DNA from: a virus
Lineage: Duplodnaviria > Heunggongvirae > Uroviricota > Caudoviricetes
IMG/VR virus record: IMGVR_UViG_3300032245_001714
Length of the DNA: 64,000 nt
Direction: 5' to 3' (one strand)
This document shows, one piece after another, positions 1 through 8,711 of the stretch; position 1 is the stretch's first letter; each line of letters begins with the position of its first letter. The notes under the pieces are model-generated. The model was not told the DNA's origin. It made no database searches and saw only the letters and a program-made list of their open reading frames with translations. The position numbers and the translations under genes are program-made.

Positions 1-239
1 GCGTGAAGTGATGGTGAAAGAATCGGATGTCTCTATAGAGCTCCTCCGTTCTCGGGGGTTTGATCTCCTTTAGGTTCCAGCTGAGCATCAGACCTCTGGC
101 TATGGCTTCCTTCTGATCCCTAATGGCTTTCATCCGGGCTTTGCGCTCGAGACCCCTTTGCTCTCTTCCACCTCTGGCCTTGATGGCTTTCTCCAGCCAT
201 CTACTTCTGAGCCATCTGCGCAATGTCATCTTTAGGGCT

Positions 240-458
240 TTAAACATTCTGCTGCGGATTCTGCTGCGGAGAATCGGGAACCGCTGGTCTGGTAAGCAAG
301 CCGATAACATTTAGCAGGATGTTGGCCTTGTCCTCGGGATTAATTCTTGACGAGTCCACCTCTCTGCGGATGGCTAACGTCTGGATATACATTGCTCGGG
401 CTAGTTTTTCCACTTCCTTCTTGTAGCTCTGAAGGAGTGCTTCTGATCTTGGATCCAT
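240..458 (-). CDS. hypothetical protein (72 aa)
   Basis: ORF track entry with protein-like composition. Its ATG follows TAATATATGG and sits 3 nt after the stop of the upstream gene, consistent with a minus-strand operon. Confidence 0.45.
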   Translation of the reverse strand: MDPRSEALLQSYKKEVEKLARAMYIQTLAIRREVDSSRINPEDKANILLNVIGLLTRPAVPDSPQQNPQQNV

Positions 459-461
459 ATA

Positions 462-641
462 TTACTCTTTTTTCTTGTTATTGTCCCTCTTGTCGAAATT
501 GCCGACTCTCTTGTTGACGCACCTCCAGCAAACAACGGACACCGTGTTGATGTCAACGCTGACCTTCTCGGGACAGTGGGTGCAAGCAAGCATCTTATTG
601 CTTCGTGCAAATTTGGGATCTCTTGATTTAACTAATTTCAT
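462..641 (-). CDS. small Cys4 zinc-ribbon protein (59 aa, read by hand)
   Basis: Manual translation: MKLVKSRDPKFARSNKMLACTHCPEKVSVDINTVSVVCWRCVNKRVGNFDKRDNNKKKE. It has a CxxC...CxxC pattern. Its ATG overlaps the stop of 641..961 as TAATG. Confidence 0.4.
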   Translation of the reverse strand: MKLVKSRDPKFARSNKMLACTHCPEKVSVDINTVSVVCWRCVNKRVGNFDKRDNNKKKE

Positions 642-961
642 TACTCTGTGGCTTTAAGTTCTTTTTCCACTTCCCAGTCGGGATTAATCACGAATCCGGG
701 CATGTGTTTCTCTGTGTATCTCTTTAGGAAATCGCAGCGTTCGTACTCCTCCTTCGTGATGAAGAAAGCGGTCATCCGGTTGATGGCTCTTTGAACCGCG
801 GGAATCTCCGCACCCTCTAGGGCTTGCTCACCCCTGGTGGCCAGTAGATCGTAGGCCTCATAACAACCCTCAATGAACTCCTTGCGGGCTCTGAGCCTAA
901 TCATGTGCTGCAACTCATCAGGATCTGGGAAATTGTCGTCGTAGTCTTCTTCGTCGTACAT
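641..961 (-). CDS. hypothetical acidic protein (106 aa)
   Basis: ORF track entry; tightly packed in a minus-strand operon with its neighbours. Confidence 0.5.
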   Translation of the reverse strand: MYDEEDYDDNFPDPDELQHMIRLRARKEFIEGCYEAYDLLATRGEQALEGAEIPAVQRAINRMTAFFITKEEYERCDFLKRYTEKHMPGFVINPDWEVEKELKATE

Positions 962-965
962 AAGA

Positions 966-1190
966 TTATTGGGTTATGATGTTAATAGATGTACAGAGGC
1001 CAAGCTCCTTGACCTCCCTATAAAGGGTGCCTCCCTCCGAGACGATCTCGTACTCGGCTTCGAAAACCGTTGACGTGTCCCTTTTCACCATCTCCCTCAC
1101 TATGGCTCCTCCAGCCATGTAGGTGCGGCGTCTGATCTCCTCGTGTGAGGCCTTGCTGTCAGTTGTGCATGTGAATCTTAGTGCTGCCAT
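966..1190 (-). CDS. hypothetical protein (74 aa)
   Basis: ORF track entry; its start abuts the stop of the upstream small ORF. Confidence 0.45.
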   Translation of the reverse strand: MAALRFTCTTDSKASHEEIRRRTYMAGGAIVREMVKRDTSTVFEAEYEIVSEGGTLYREVKELGLCTSINIITQ

Positions 1191-1192
1191 CT

Positions 1193-1348
1193 CTAAGGGG
1201 TTTTTGGTTTTGGTGCTCTCATGTCTTGAAGCCAGCCTTTAAAGGCTTTCTTCTCTTTGGTGGTCATTTCTCTGTGGAATGATCCGAAGTTCCCGGCCTT
1301 AGCCTCGAACTCCTCGATTAATTGTCTAAGTGATCTTTCTTTGCTCAT
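1193..1348 (-). CDS. small basic protein (51 aa, read by hand)
   Basis: Manual translation: MSKERSLRQLIEEFEAKAGNFGSFHREMTTKEKKAFKGWLQDMRAPKPKTP. Confidence 0.3.
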   Translation of the reverse strand: MSKERSLRQLIEEFEAKAGNFGSFHREMTTKEKKAFKGWLQDMRAPKPKTP

Positions 1349-1413
1349 TGTTCTCTAGTTTACGGAGTTACACCACAAAGGTAATGAATCCCCGTCAGAT
1401 AAAAAAATATTTC

Positions 1414-1635
1414 TCACTTTTTTTTCCCAAACTCTTTTAACTTTTCAGAGATCCACTGGCCTCGTGAACCGTGGATGAAGCTGAAGAGCAGCAGAGCTAT
1501 GATGAAAAACAGTGGGCGACAGAAGTGGGGCCATCCGAAGGGACTAGCAATCTGAGTGAACAGGGCTAAGATCCCGCCGCTAATCCCTAGAGATAGGCCT
1601 AGATTCTTTAGCACTTGGAATGTTGTCTTTTTCAT
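1414..1635 (-). CDS. small membrane protein (73 aa)
   Basis: Two hydrophobic segments; preceded by TATAATAGAT immediately before the ATG. Confidence 0.45.
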   Translation of the reverse strand: MKKTTFQVLKNLGLSLGISGGILALFTQIASPFGWPHFCRPLFFIIALLLFSFIHGSRGQWISEKLKEFGKKK

Positions 1636-1698
1636 ATCTATTATAGATCAAGTCCGCACGTTTGTATCGGGGGCACGGGTGAGTATCTTAATAACATA

Positions 1699-2238
1699 CT
1701 ATACATCTATCCCGGGGAAGGCCCTGAGGATAGCATCCACCATGACCTTCTTCTCCATCCTGTTGGCCTTAGCCGCAGATGCGCTGATCTTGGGGTTAGC
1801 CCTATAGGCAGGGCTGATTAGGTCCTCTAGGATAAACTCCCCTAAGGCCTGATCAAGCTTAATGAGGCTACATCCGGCGTCCCAGTCCTCCATGCCTACT
1901 CCCATCTCCGGTTTAGCCATCTTGTCGTGACGACCCGTAAAGATTTCAGTGGCCAGGTCCTCGCAGGCATCAGGGTCTATGTCTTCATATTCACCGTCGT
2001 AACCGTAGAGGTAGTCCGTGATGAGATCTTCCACCGCTCCGTCCTCTAGATTCAGCATCCAGAGCTCCCTGGCGTTGGGATTCTTAAAGAGCAGTGCCAT
2101 CCACCCGTTCATCCCGAGGGTGGTGAAGAGCTTGTCATTCTCCTCGAGCCCTCGGGCCTTCGTTGGCTCATAGTCCTCTGGGTACTTTGGACCACGGTGA
2201 TACTCGTTGATCTCTCTAAAGGTTTTAATGCGTCTCAT
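1699..2238 (-). CDS. hypothetical acidic protein (179 aa)
   Basis: Long ORF with a D/E-rich, coherent protein-like sequence. Confidence 0.55.
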   Translation of the reverse strand: MRRIKTFREINEYHRGPKYPEDYEPTKARGLEENDKLFTTLGMNGWMALLFKNPNARELWMLNLEDGAVEDLITDYLYGYDGEYEDIDPDACEDLATEIFTGRHDKMAKPEMGVGMEDWDAGCSLIKLDQALGEFILEDLISPAYRANPKISASAAKANRMEKKVMVDAILRAFPGIDV

Positions 2239-2248
2239 AGGCTATCGA

Positions 2249-2368
2249 TTAAAAAAACACCCAGACCAAAAAGCAAATGAGCTTGAGCGTCACATAGAGG
2301 ACTACTCCCATGACACCTCCAATGGCACCGCGGGTCAAAAGCATCAACAACTTGGGTAAGGGCTTCAT
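2249..2368 (-). CDS. small hydrophobic membrane protein (39 aa, read by hand)
   Basis: Manual translation: MKPLPKLLMLLTRGAIGGVMGVVLYVTLKLICFLVWVFF. The ATG is preceded by GATATATAGAGC. Confidence 0.4.
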   Translation of the reverse strand: MKPLPKLLMLLTRGAIGGVMGVVLYVTLKLICFLVWVFF

Positions 2369-2469
2369 GCTCTATATATCGAATCCCAGAGGGGGAGGTT
2401 TCGGGGTGGATCTCCCAGGAGGACCCGCCCACCAAATAGATGATACCCATACTGTTCTGTCTCTTATAG

Positions 2470-2537
2470 CTAGAGAGGAAGAGAAGCATAGGCATAGAGA
2501 TCATAGAGAAGAGAGTAGAGCGAGGCGAGGCGGGACT
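2470..2537 (+). repeat. GA polypurine tract
   Basis: About 65 nt of almost pure purines (tagagaggaagagaagcataggcatagagatcatagagaagagagtagagcgaggcgaggcggga) in a gene-free region. Confidence 0.6.
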
Positions 2538-2607
2538 GCTGGCGGATCTAAGAGGCTCTGAACGGGGCGAAAGCCACCCACGGTTCCGAGACCAGATCGG
2601 GGCGAAT

Positions 2608-2690
2608 CGGGAATCCCGGGGTATCTGGGGGAATTTCTGGAAATTTGTGGGAATTTGTGGGATTTCATGGGAACCGTGGGATCTGGTACC
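2608..2690. repeat. ~10-bp periodic array of degenerate TGGGAATTTG repeats (iteron-like)
   Basis: cgggaatcccgggg / ggggaatttctgg / aaatttgtggg / aatttgtggg / atttcatggg / aaccgtggg / atctgg, with a period of about one helical turn. Confidence 0.5.
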
Positions 2691-2940
2691 CCAGAGGGAT
2701 CTTGGGGGAGAAGCCCGGACCGAGGCGGTGGCCCGAATCGGGGAATCCGAGAAATCAGGGATTTTCACCCTGGGTGGAAGCTCATGCCCACAGAGGGGCT
2801 TCCATAAGGGCCTCTAAAACGCGAACCTGTGGAGGCTATCCCCCGGGACCTCTAAGTCTTGGCCGGGGGAACCTGTGGCATACTACCTTAGTAACATACT
2901 ATGTTTGGGGGACGGGGGTAAGGGTGGACCCTGGGTGGGC

Positions 2941-3351
2941 CTAGACCTTGCTCCAGGTGTAGTCCGCATTCAGGATCACGGAGTACAGGTGTGGCTTGCT
3001 CCACTGGGAGGGTGAGATGAGACTCATAAACCTTGAGCCATCCTCGCTCTGGTACAGATGGTAGCACTCTCCCACTATGGGCTCAAAGGAGCACTTGGCC
3101 GAGTAGACCTCCTGGTTGAGCTCGTACTCCTGCTGCAGCTCCTCTATCTGAAGGATGATCTCCTGGGCTCTTCTCTGTAGGGCTTTGTTCACCTTGTGTG
3201 AGGCTGCTCTGATAAATGGTGTGAGATCTGTGGGTTTGATCTGTGGTGCTCCTATGTGATGTGCGTGTGGCAGTAGGTTTGCCTTTAATGCCACTTTGTC
3301 TTTATGTGATGGTGTGCTCATGTGCTTTATGTATGCCTTATCTATCTTCAT
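2941..3351 (-). CDS. hypothetical protein (136 aa)
   Basis: ORF track entry; an ATACATACTAG-type upstream motif. Confidence 0.5.
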   Translation of the reverse strand: MKIDKAYIKHMSTPSHKDKVALKANLLPHAHHIGAPQIKPTDLTPFIRAASHKVNKALQRRAQEIILQIEELQQEYELNQEVYSAKCSFEPIVGECYHLYQSEDGSRFMSLISPSQWSKPHLYSVILNADYTWSKV

Positions 3352-3391
3352 GCCTATGAGGATGGGTATGGCTAGGGTTATAGCTAGTATG

Positions 3392-3432
3392 TATATTGGG
3401 ATAAGCTATTTGGTGGGCGGGCCCTCGTGGGG
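3392..3432. repeat. partial copy of the GC-rich dispersed repeat
   Basis: tatattgggataagctatttggtgggcgggccctcgtgggga shares the TGGTGGGCGGG..TGGGGA core with the copies at 3954, 4909 and 6083. Confidence 0.4.
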
Positions 3433-3556
3433 AGTAAGGCCCGAAAAGGCCCCAGAGGGATGCAGGTGCCATTTTGGAAACCTGGTCCAGGCGCGTAGGT
3501 GACTAGGACCACAAAAAAGCCTGGAGGTCTCCAGGCTGTATGTGATGTCGGTTCTC

Positions 3557-3949
3557 TTAGTGGTGTTTGGAGGCTATCCGATCCATGGCTTGGGCGAGCT
3601 TATAGTCTCTCTCTGTGATCACATCCCCTGCGTCATGGGTTCTGAGCCAGCACTGGACGGTCTTGAAGATGTTGGTCCACTTGGGGTGGTGATTCATTCG
3701 GTTGCACACCTCTGCGACTTCGTTCATAAATGACATAGCAACGTTGAAGTCTTTGAAATCGTATCTCTTATAGAGCGAGTTGTCTCTCTCTGTCCATCCT
3801 GCAGGAGCTTGGACTGGCATCTCCGTTTCTTTAACAGGCACACATCTAGGCACTCTCCTGCCTCCCTTCATCTTGGTGCCAATCTGTTTGTATCCAGACC
3901 AGCATGGGCCTTTGGCCTCGTCTATGTGGTAGGGTTGTATGTGTTTCAT
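3557..3949 (-). CDS. pterin-4a-carbinolamine dehydratase (PCD/DCoH) domain protein with N-terminal extension
   Basis: The C-terminal half, ...FMNEVAEVCNRMNHHPKWTNIFKTVQCWLRTHDAGDVITERDYKLAQAMD, matches the PCD signature (HHPEW..., TH, G-[IL]-[ST]-x-[RK]-D, LA). Starts MKHIQPY with the upstream motif GATATATAGAGC. Confidence 0.65.
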   Translation of the reverse strand: MKHIQPYHIDEAKGPCWSGYKQIGTKMKGGRRVPRCVPVKETEMPVQAPAGWTERDNSLYKRYDFKDFNVAMSFMNEVAEVCNRMNHHPKWTNIFKTVQCWLRTHDAGDVITERDYKLAQAMDRIASKHH

Positions 3950-3961
3950 GCTCTATATATC
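3950..3961 (-). promoter_or_regulatory. GATATATAGAGC start-proximal motif, minus strand, inside the GC-rich block
   Basis: Reverse complement: gatatatagagc followed by ATG (MKHIQPY). Confidence 0.4.
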
Positions 3962-3998
3962 ATTGGTTCTGGTGGGCGGGTCTCCCTGGGGATTCGAT
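3954..3998. repeat. GC-rich dispersed intergenic repeat, copy 1
   Basis: tatatatcattggttctggtgggcgggtctccctggggattcga. Confidence 0.55.
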
Positions 3999-4036
3999 CC
4001 CAAATGACTCCACATATGCTCTGTGATATATAGCTT

Positions 4037-4258
4037 ATGAACATAGATTTTCCAAAGGCCAAATTCTTGTCTAGGTTTGGCAACATCAAGGCCAGCAAGG
4101 AGGAATCCGACCGCATGTTTAGGCAGTTTCTCTGGGAGGAGGAGGAGAGGGAGCGAATGATGTTCACGAGGGAGGCGGAGCAAGCCGGTGGCGCTGGCTT
4201 AACTCAAGACTACATGGAATATGATTATATGATAGATGCAGCAAATTACGTAGACTAA
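4037..4258 (+). CDS. hypothetical protein (73 aa)
   Basis: The ATG is preceded by TGATATATAGCTT. Confidence 0.5.
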   Translation: MNIDFPKAKFLSRFGNIKASKEESDRMFRQFLWEEEERERMMFTREAEQAGGAGLTQDYMEYDYMIDAANYVD

Positions 4259-4274
4259 AAACAAAAAACATAAA

Positions 4275-4832
4275 ATGGGAATAACAACAAGAGAATTTGG
4301 TCCTTATGCTAAAGGCAGCAGGCTAACCACAGCCGAGATGGATGAGAACTTCAACTACCTATTAGAGTTGAATACAACCCTCTATGCTGGAACTTTTTTC
4401 GATACCACCACACAGCCTACCGGTGGCACGGGATCAGCAAACCAAGTGGCAATCAATTCAACACAGGCCAATAATGGTTTCTCACTAGCGAACAATACAA
4501 TAACGGTTACTAATGCTGGAACCTATTGTTTCATTGCCAACATGCAACTTTCATTTACTGGTGGATCCTCAAATCTTAATGTAACTGTATGGTATACTGT
4601 AGACGATGTAATTGTTCCTAACTCAGCATTTACATTCACCACATCATCAGCCCAAAATGACCAGACGCTAGCATCCATAACAGATACAATATCGTTAACA
4701 GCTGGCCAAACCCTAAAATTTTACTGGTGGTCTGGATCTGCAGGAATGAAACTTTTAGCAACCCCTGCAGCCTCCAATCCAACAAGACCCCTATCACCAT
4801 CTGTAAATTTGACTATATTTAACGTGGGGTAA
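4275..4832 (+). CDS. hypothetical Thr/Ser/Asn-rich, beta-rich protein (185 aa), possibly structural or fibre-like
   Basis: Composition resembles phage fibre or adhesin domains; no motif recognised. Confidence 0.5.
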   Translation: MGITTREFGPYAKGSRLTTAEMDENFNYLLELNTTLYAGTFFDTTTQPTGGTGSANQVAINSTQANNGFSLANNTITVTNAGTYCFIANMQLSFTGGSSNLNVTVWYTVDDVIVPNSAFTFTTSSAQNDQTLASITDTISLTAGQTLKFYWWSGSAGMKLLATPAASNPTRPLSPSVNLTIFNVG

Positions 4833-4908
4833 TAAATTAAATCAGGAGGAATAAAAATGTGATACCCACAAAAAAACCTGGGGGTAAGTCCAGGCCTCTC
4901 TATATTCT

Positions 4909-4953
4909 TTTCATGCTCTATATATCATTGGATGTGGTGGGCGGGTCTCCTGG
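4909..4953. repeat. GC-rich dispersed intergenic repeat, copy 2
   Basis: tatatatcattggatgtggtgggcgggtctcctggggaattga. Confidence 0.55.
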
Positions 4954-5045
4954 GGAATTGAGTCCGGGAAGTCACCAGGTGGATGGGCTGGCCTCTCTAG
5001 AGAATCCCACAAAAAATCCCGGTTAGTTGAAGAATATATAAGGGC

Positions 5046-6041
5046 ATGAAACATCTCCTTAATTTTTCGGGTTTCCTCTTTGAGGACAACGGCTCTTCGG
5101 CCGATCAGACACCTTGCACCTACTATCAGGACAAGCAGGGTGACAGTGGTTATAAAAACTTCTGGGCGGAATACAGTAACATGTCACCCGAGGAACAAAA
5201 GACCAAAATGAAGGGGATCACAGCTGGAGTCTTGGATTTGCTTGAGGTCATCAAGGACGAGTACACCAAGTGGTACAGCAATCCTGCCACCATAAAGAAG
5301 TTCACGCAGGAGGAGGATAAGGTTAGAATGAAACTGCTCTCTGAGTACCTGCCTAAAATAACCTGCAAGCTTCACACCAAGCCAGATCCTAATGCCTCTA
5401 AGATGAAGCAGGCATCATGGGGTTGGTTTTCCGCAAAAGCTCCATATATTATAAATGTGGCTCTTTACAACTTCTTCAACGGCAAGTCCACAGGAAACAA
5501 GAGCATAAAGGACACTATCAAACACGAAATGGCCCACGCTATTGACGCCTACTTCTCCGAGAACGGGGTGAGAGCCTATGACGCCACCCACCCTCCAATC
5601 ACAACGCCGGGCGAGTATGAAAGAATCTACCTGATGAATGACAAGGATCAATTTGCAAGACTTAATATTCTCAGAGGCATCATCAAAGCCGGTCCGACTG
5701 ACTCTGGCAAACAGCTGCTGGTTAAGTTTTTAGATGAAGCGAAAAAGGGCAAGATCTCCTCAGAGAGCTTTGATTTTAAAGGCGGTGTTAGTCCCAAAGG
5801 TGACCTTTATCTTTTAAGAATGATCCCCAAGAGGATGGAGGGAGTGAAAGGCAAGGTGCCTTTAGATGTGGCCAAGAAGGTCTACTCCAGCATGATGAAT
5901 AAAGGAGCCATTATGGTGGGAGGCAAAGAAAACTTCAATCTAGAGCAGCTCTTCTCAAATTTTGGTAGGATCATCAACAACGAGATTGTGATCAATATGA
6001 GCGATATAGCCCAATTGAACTACTCATCCAAAAACATGTAA
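5046..6041 (+). CDS. putative zinc metallopeptidase (HExxH) carrying the N-terminal tag (331 aa)
   Basis: HEMAH in IKHEMAHAIDAYF; N-terminus MKHLLNFSGFLFE; ATATATAAGGGC lies immediately upstream of the ATG. Confidence 0.55.
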   Translation: MKHLLNFSGFLFEDNGSSADQTPCTYYQDKQGDSGYKNFWAEYSNMSPEEQKTKMKGITAGVLDLLEVIKDEYTKWYSNPATIKKFTQEEDKVRMKLLSEYLPKITCKLHTKPDPNASKMKQASWGWFSAKAPYIINVALYNFFNGKSTGNKSIKDTIKHEMAHAIDAYFSENGVRAYDATHPPITTPGEYERIYLMNDKDQFARLNILRGIIKAGPTDSGKQLLVKFLDEAKKGKISSESFDFKGGVSPKGDLYLLRMIPKRMEGVKGKVPLDVAKKVYSSMMNKGAIMVGGKENFNLEQLFSNFGRIINNEIVINMSDIAQLNYSSKNM

Positions 6042-6082
6042 AGACTGTCTCAGAACCCCAGATTTATCGTTTCTCGTGTTCT

Positions 6083-6123
6083 GTGTATCATTGGCCGTGG
6101 GTGGGCTGGGCTCCTGAGAATTT
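6083..6123. repeat. GC-rich dispersed intergenic repeat, copy 3 (degenerate)
   Basis: gtgtatcattggccgtgggtgggctgggctcctgagaattt. Confidence 0.45.
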
Positions 6124-6128
6124 AGCGG

Positions 6129-6141
6129 GATATATAGGTCA
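6129..6141 (+). promoter_or_regulatory. GATATATAGG start-proximal motif (representative copy)
   Basis: gatatataggtca followed by ATG. Confidence 0.4.
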
Positions 6142-7392
6142 ATGAAACGTTTACTCACATATCAACTATTTAAAAATCGGTTCGGTCTAAGTCGAGAGCA
6201 GACCAAATGGCTAAACTCTGTTGCTCCTAACCGGTGGAGTTTAAATCCTCAAACCGGTCTCATTGACGTGGACGGAAGTTTTGATTGCAGGAGACAGCTA
6301 CTAACGGATTTCAAGGGATTGCGTTTCGGAGATGTGAGTGGTGATTTCAATTTTCAAGGCAACCAGATCACAAGTCTGGACGGAGCACCTGAGACTGTTG
6401 GTGGGGATTTCCGCTGTCAAGATAATCAGATCACAAGTCTGAAAGGAGCACCGGTGACCGTTAAAGGTAATTTCCTCTGTAGCCATAATCAGATCGCAAG
6501 TCTGGACGGAGCACCGGAGAGTGTTGGTAAGAGTTTCATCTGTAACACTAATAAACTCACAAGTCTGAAAGGAGCACCGCAGACTGTTGGTGGAGAGTTC
6601 GCTTGTTGCTTTAATGAGATCACAAGTCTGGAGGGAGCACCACAGAGTGTTACTTATTTCAATTGTGGCTACAATAAAAAACTCACAAGTCTGAAAGGAG
6701 CACCGGAGAGTGTTGATGGGGATTTCAATTGTGAGCGCTGTGGACTCACAAATCTGGACGGAGCACCCGAGACTGTTGGTGGGGATTTCAAATGTAACCA
6801 TAATCAGCTCACAAGTCTGAAAGGAGCACCAGGGACTGTTAAAGGTGATTTCAAATGTAACCATAATCAGCTCACAAGTCTGGAGGGAGCACCACAGACT
6901 GTTGGTGGGGATAATCCCGACCAGAGTGGGGATTTCGAATGTAACCATAATCAGCTCACAAGTCTAAAGGGAGCACCAGGGACTGTTAAAGGTGATTTCT
7001 TATGTAACGATAATCCACTCACAAGTCTGGAGGGCTCACCAGAAAAAGTTGGAAGATTTTATGCCGGTGAACTGGGAGATTATAATGATCCATTAAATTG
7101 GCCTGAAGGCTGGAACAAAGAGGATAAAGGGTTTACCAAAACTCTCGCATCCAAACTAAAAGAAATTGATGCTCTTGGATCTGATGCAGATAAGAGTAAA
7201 TTAATCTCTATGTTACTGTCACTGACAGAGCCTAATTTACTAGACTATCTGATATCTAATAACCTTTCCCCATCAGATAAGTTCACGATCTATGGAGCAA
7301 TTAAAGCCAATATTCCTGATGTTTGGAATAAGATTAAAGACAAAGTGGATCCTGACGGTGCCACTTCCGATTTGATGGACCTTGGGTTTTAA
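6142..7392 (+). CDS. LRR-like 21-aa repeat protein, family member 1 (about 11 repeats, conserved C-terminal domain ending DLMDLGF)
   Basis: Repeats follow GDFxCxxNxLTSLxGAPxTVx; N-terminus MKRLLTYQLF; GATATATAGG sits 3 nt before the ATG. Confidence 0.8.
   Translation: MKRLLTYQLFKNRFGLSREQTKWLNSVAPNRWSLNPQTGLIDVDGSFDCRRQLLTDFKGLRFGDVSGDFNFQGNQITSLDGAPETVGGDFRCQDNQITSLKGAPVTVKGNFLCSHNQIASLDGAPESVGKSFICNTNKLTSLKGAPQTVGGEFACCFNEITSLEGAPQSVTYFNCGYNKKLTSLKGAPESVDGDFNCERCGLTNLDGAPETVGGDFKCNHNQLTSLKGAPGTVKGDFKCNHNQLTSLEGAPQTVGGDNPDQSGDFECNHNQLTSLKGAPGTVKGDFLCNDNPLTSLEGSPEKVGRFYAGELGDYNDPLNWPEGWNKEDKGFTKTLASKLKEIDALGSDADKSKLISMLLSLTEPNLLDYLISNNLSPSDKFTIYGAIKANIPDVWNKIKDKVDPDGATSDLMDLGF
6340..7040 (+). 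repeat. tandem 63-bp DNA repeats inside the LRR-like gene
   Basis: Near-identical units such as aatcagatcacaagtctgaaaggagcacc...gttggtggggatttc recur about 11 times. Confidence 0.7.
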
Positions 7393-7395
7393 TGC

Positions 7396-7408
7396 GATAT
7401 ATAGCAAT
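7396..7408 (+). promoter_or_regulatory. GATATATAG start-proximal motif
   Basis: taatgcgatatatagcaat followed by ATG; the upstream gene's stop TAA lies inside it. Confidence 0.4.
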
Positions 7409-8695
7409 ATGAAAAATCTTCTACCTTTCTCCCTATTCGAATCCAAGTCCATCACACCCGAGGATTGGGCTGGCAACTGGCAGGATCTGCCTGAGTGGAA
7501 ACTCCTACAACTAATGGGATTTGAAATCCTTGACACCAACCGCAATGGCACGGTCACTATCGGTAGTTCATACTCTGGGGTCAGACCTAGACTCACCTCT
7601 GCTGGCTATGTGAGAACCGCGGATCAGGGTTATGTGTATGATGATAAGGGGAAAGATCCAATGCCTAGAATGTTAGGCTATGTCATTATGAGATTTGCCA
7701 AGAATGGTATTCCTGGAATTCCCACCAAAGAACTAGATGCCATTATGAAGGCCAATCCTGGACTGGTGAAATACCTGCTGGATTTACCTAAGATTAGGGA
7801 GGAGGTTTTAAGCAGGACTGGGATCACTGACACCACTGGGGATATTTATAAAAAATATGGACTGAGTCCATCCGTAGTTAAATGGTTGGATAAATCCACA
7901 AAAAAAACCTGGAAGATCAATGAAACTACCGGAGAGATCGACGTTGAGGGTAGTTTTATCAATAATACTGATAACAAGCTCGGATTTAGAGGGGTTAAGT
8001 TTGGAGTGGTTGATAGGAATTTTGACATTGGAAATTTAGGACTCACCTCCCTAGAGGGAGCTCCTCGTGAGGTTGGAGGGAATTTCTATTGCGTGGGAAA
8101 TAAAGGGCTCACATCACTCGAATGGGCACCGCAGAAAGTGGGAGGAAATTTCGGTGTCAATAGCAACGGTCTCACCTCGCTCAAGTGGTCACCCCTGGTG
8201 GTTAAAGGTGATTTTTCCTGCCCTAGAAATGAGCTTAAAACATTAGAGGGAGCCCCAAAGAAAGTGATAGGCCGTTTTAATTGCTCTGATAATCCTCTGG
8301 TCTCTCTTTTAGGAGCGCCCGAAAGCCTCGGAGAATTTTCGTTATCAACCTGGAGCACTCCCCCTGATATGAGACTATTGGATTTTCGTAATGGCTGGGA
8401 CAAAAAAGGTGATGTTGAATTTTTAAAAACCATTCTTGCAAAGTTAAAAGAGATTGACGATCTCCCTAATGACAGAACAAAGCCTGTTGATAAATCAAAA
8501 TTAAAATTAATGCTTCTCTCGCTGACTGGTGCAGATAGTGTTGCCGATTTTCTTTTATCTGGCAAGATTCCAGTAGGAGACAAATTCGAAATCTACGGAA
8601 TGGTTAAAGACTCGCTCCCAGAGGTATGGGATAAAGTTAAGGACAAAGTAGATCCAGACGGAGCCACTTCGGATTTGCTTGACCTTGGGTTTTAA
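7409..8695 (+). CDS. LRR-like repeat protein, family member 2
   Basis: Start revised to MKNLLPFSLFES; the track ORF ran in-frame through the upstream gene. LRR-like repeats (GAPREVGGNFYCVGNKGLTSLEWAP...) and a C-terminus ...DPDGATSDLLDLGF. Confidence 0.75.
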   Translation: MKNLLPFSLFESKSITPEDWAGNWQDLPEWKLLQLMGFEILDTNRNGTVTIGSSYSGVRPRLTSAGYVRTADQGYVYDDKGKDPMPRMLGYVIMRFAKNGIPGIPTKELDAIMKANPGLVKYLLDLPKIREEVLSRTGITDTTGDIYKKYGLSPSVVKWLDKSTKKTWKINETTGEIDVEGSFINNTDNKLGFRGVKFGVVDRNFDIGNLGLTSLEGAPREVGGNFYCVGNKGLTSLEWAPQKVGGNFGVNSNGLTSLKWSPLVVKGDFSCPRNELKTLEGAPKKVIGRFNCSDNPLVSLLGAPESLGEFSLSTWSTPPDMRLLDFRNGWDKKGDVEFLKTILAKLKEIDDLPNDRTKPVDKSKLKLMLLSLTGADSVADFLLSGKIPVGDKFEIYGMVKDSLPEVWDKVKDKVDPDGATSDLLDLGF

Positions 8696-8698
8696 TGC

Positions 8699-8711
8699 GA
8701 TATATAGGACA
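8699..8711 (+). promoter_or_regulatory. GATATATAGG start-proximal motif
   Basis: gcgatatataggaca followed by ATG. Confidence 0.4.

Noticed and set aside
1556-1821. Plus-strand ORFs 1556..1807 and 1615..1821
   Set aside because: They overlap the better-supported minus-strand genes 1414..1635 and 1699..2238; junk-like composition.
2235-2944. ORFs 2235..2768 (-), 2310..2561 (+) and 2645..2944 (+) in the GC-rich gene-free region
   Set aside because: Arg/Pro/Gly-rich composition typical of random GC-rich frames, and they overlap each other. I treat the region as non-coding with repeats.
3296-4183. ORFs 3296..3502, 3542..3733, 3809..4033, 3946..4167 and 3953..4183
   Set aside because: They overlap the PCD-domain gene or GC-rich repeat copies on the wrong strand or frame.
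6301-6948. 215-aa minus-strand ORF antisense to the LRR-like gene
   Set aside because: It is an artefact of the 63-bp tandem DNA repeats and translates into a repetitive Cys/Ser/Thr junk sequence. The plus-strand gene has the promoter motif, tag and C-terminal domain.
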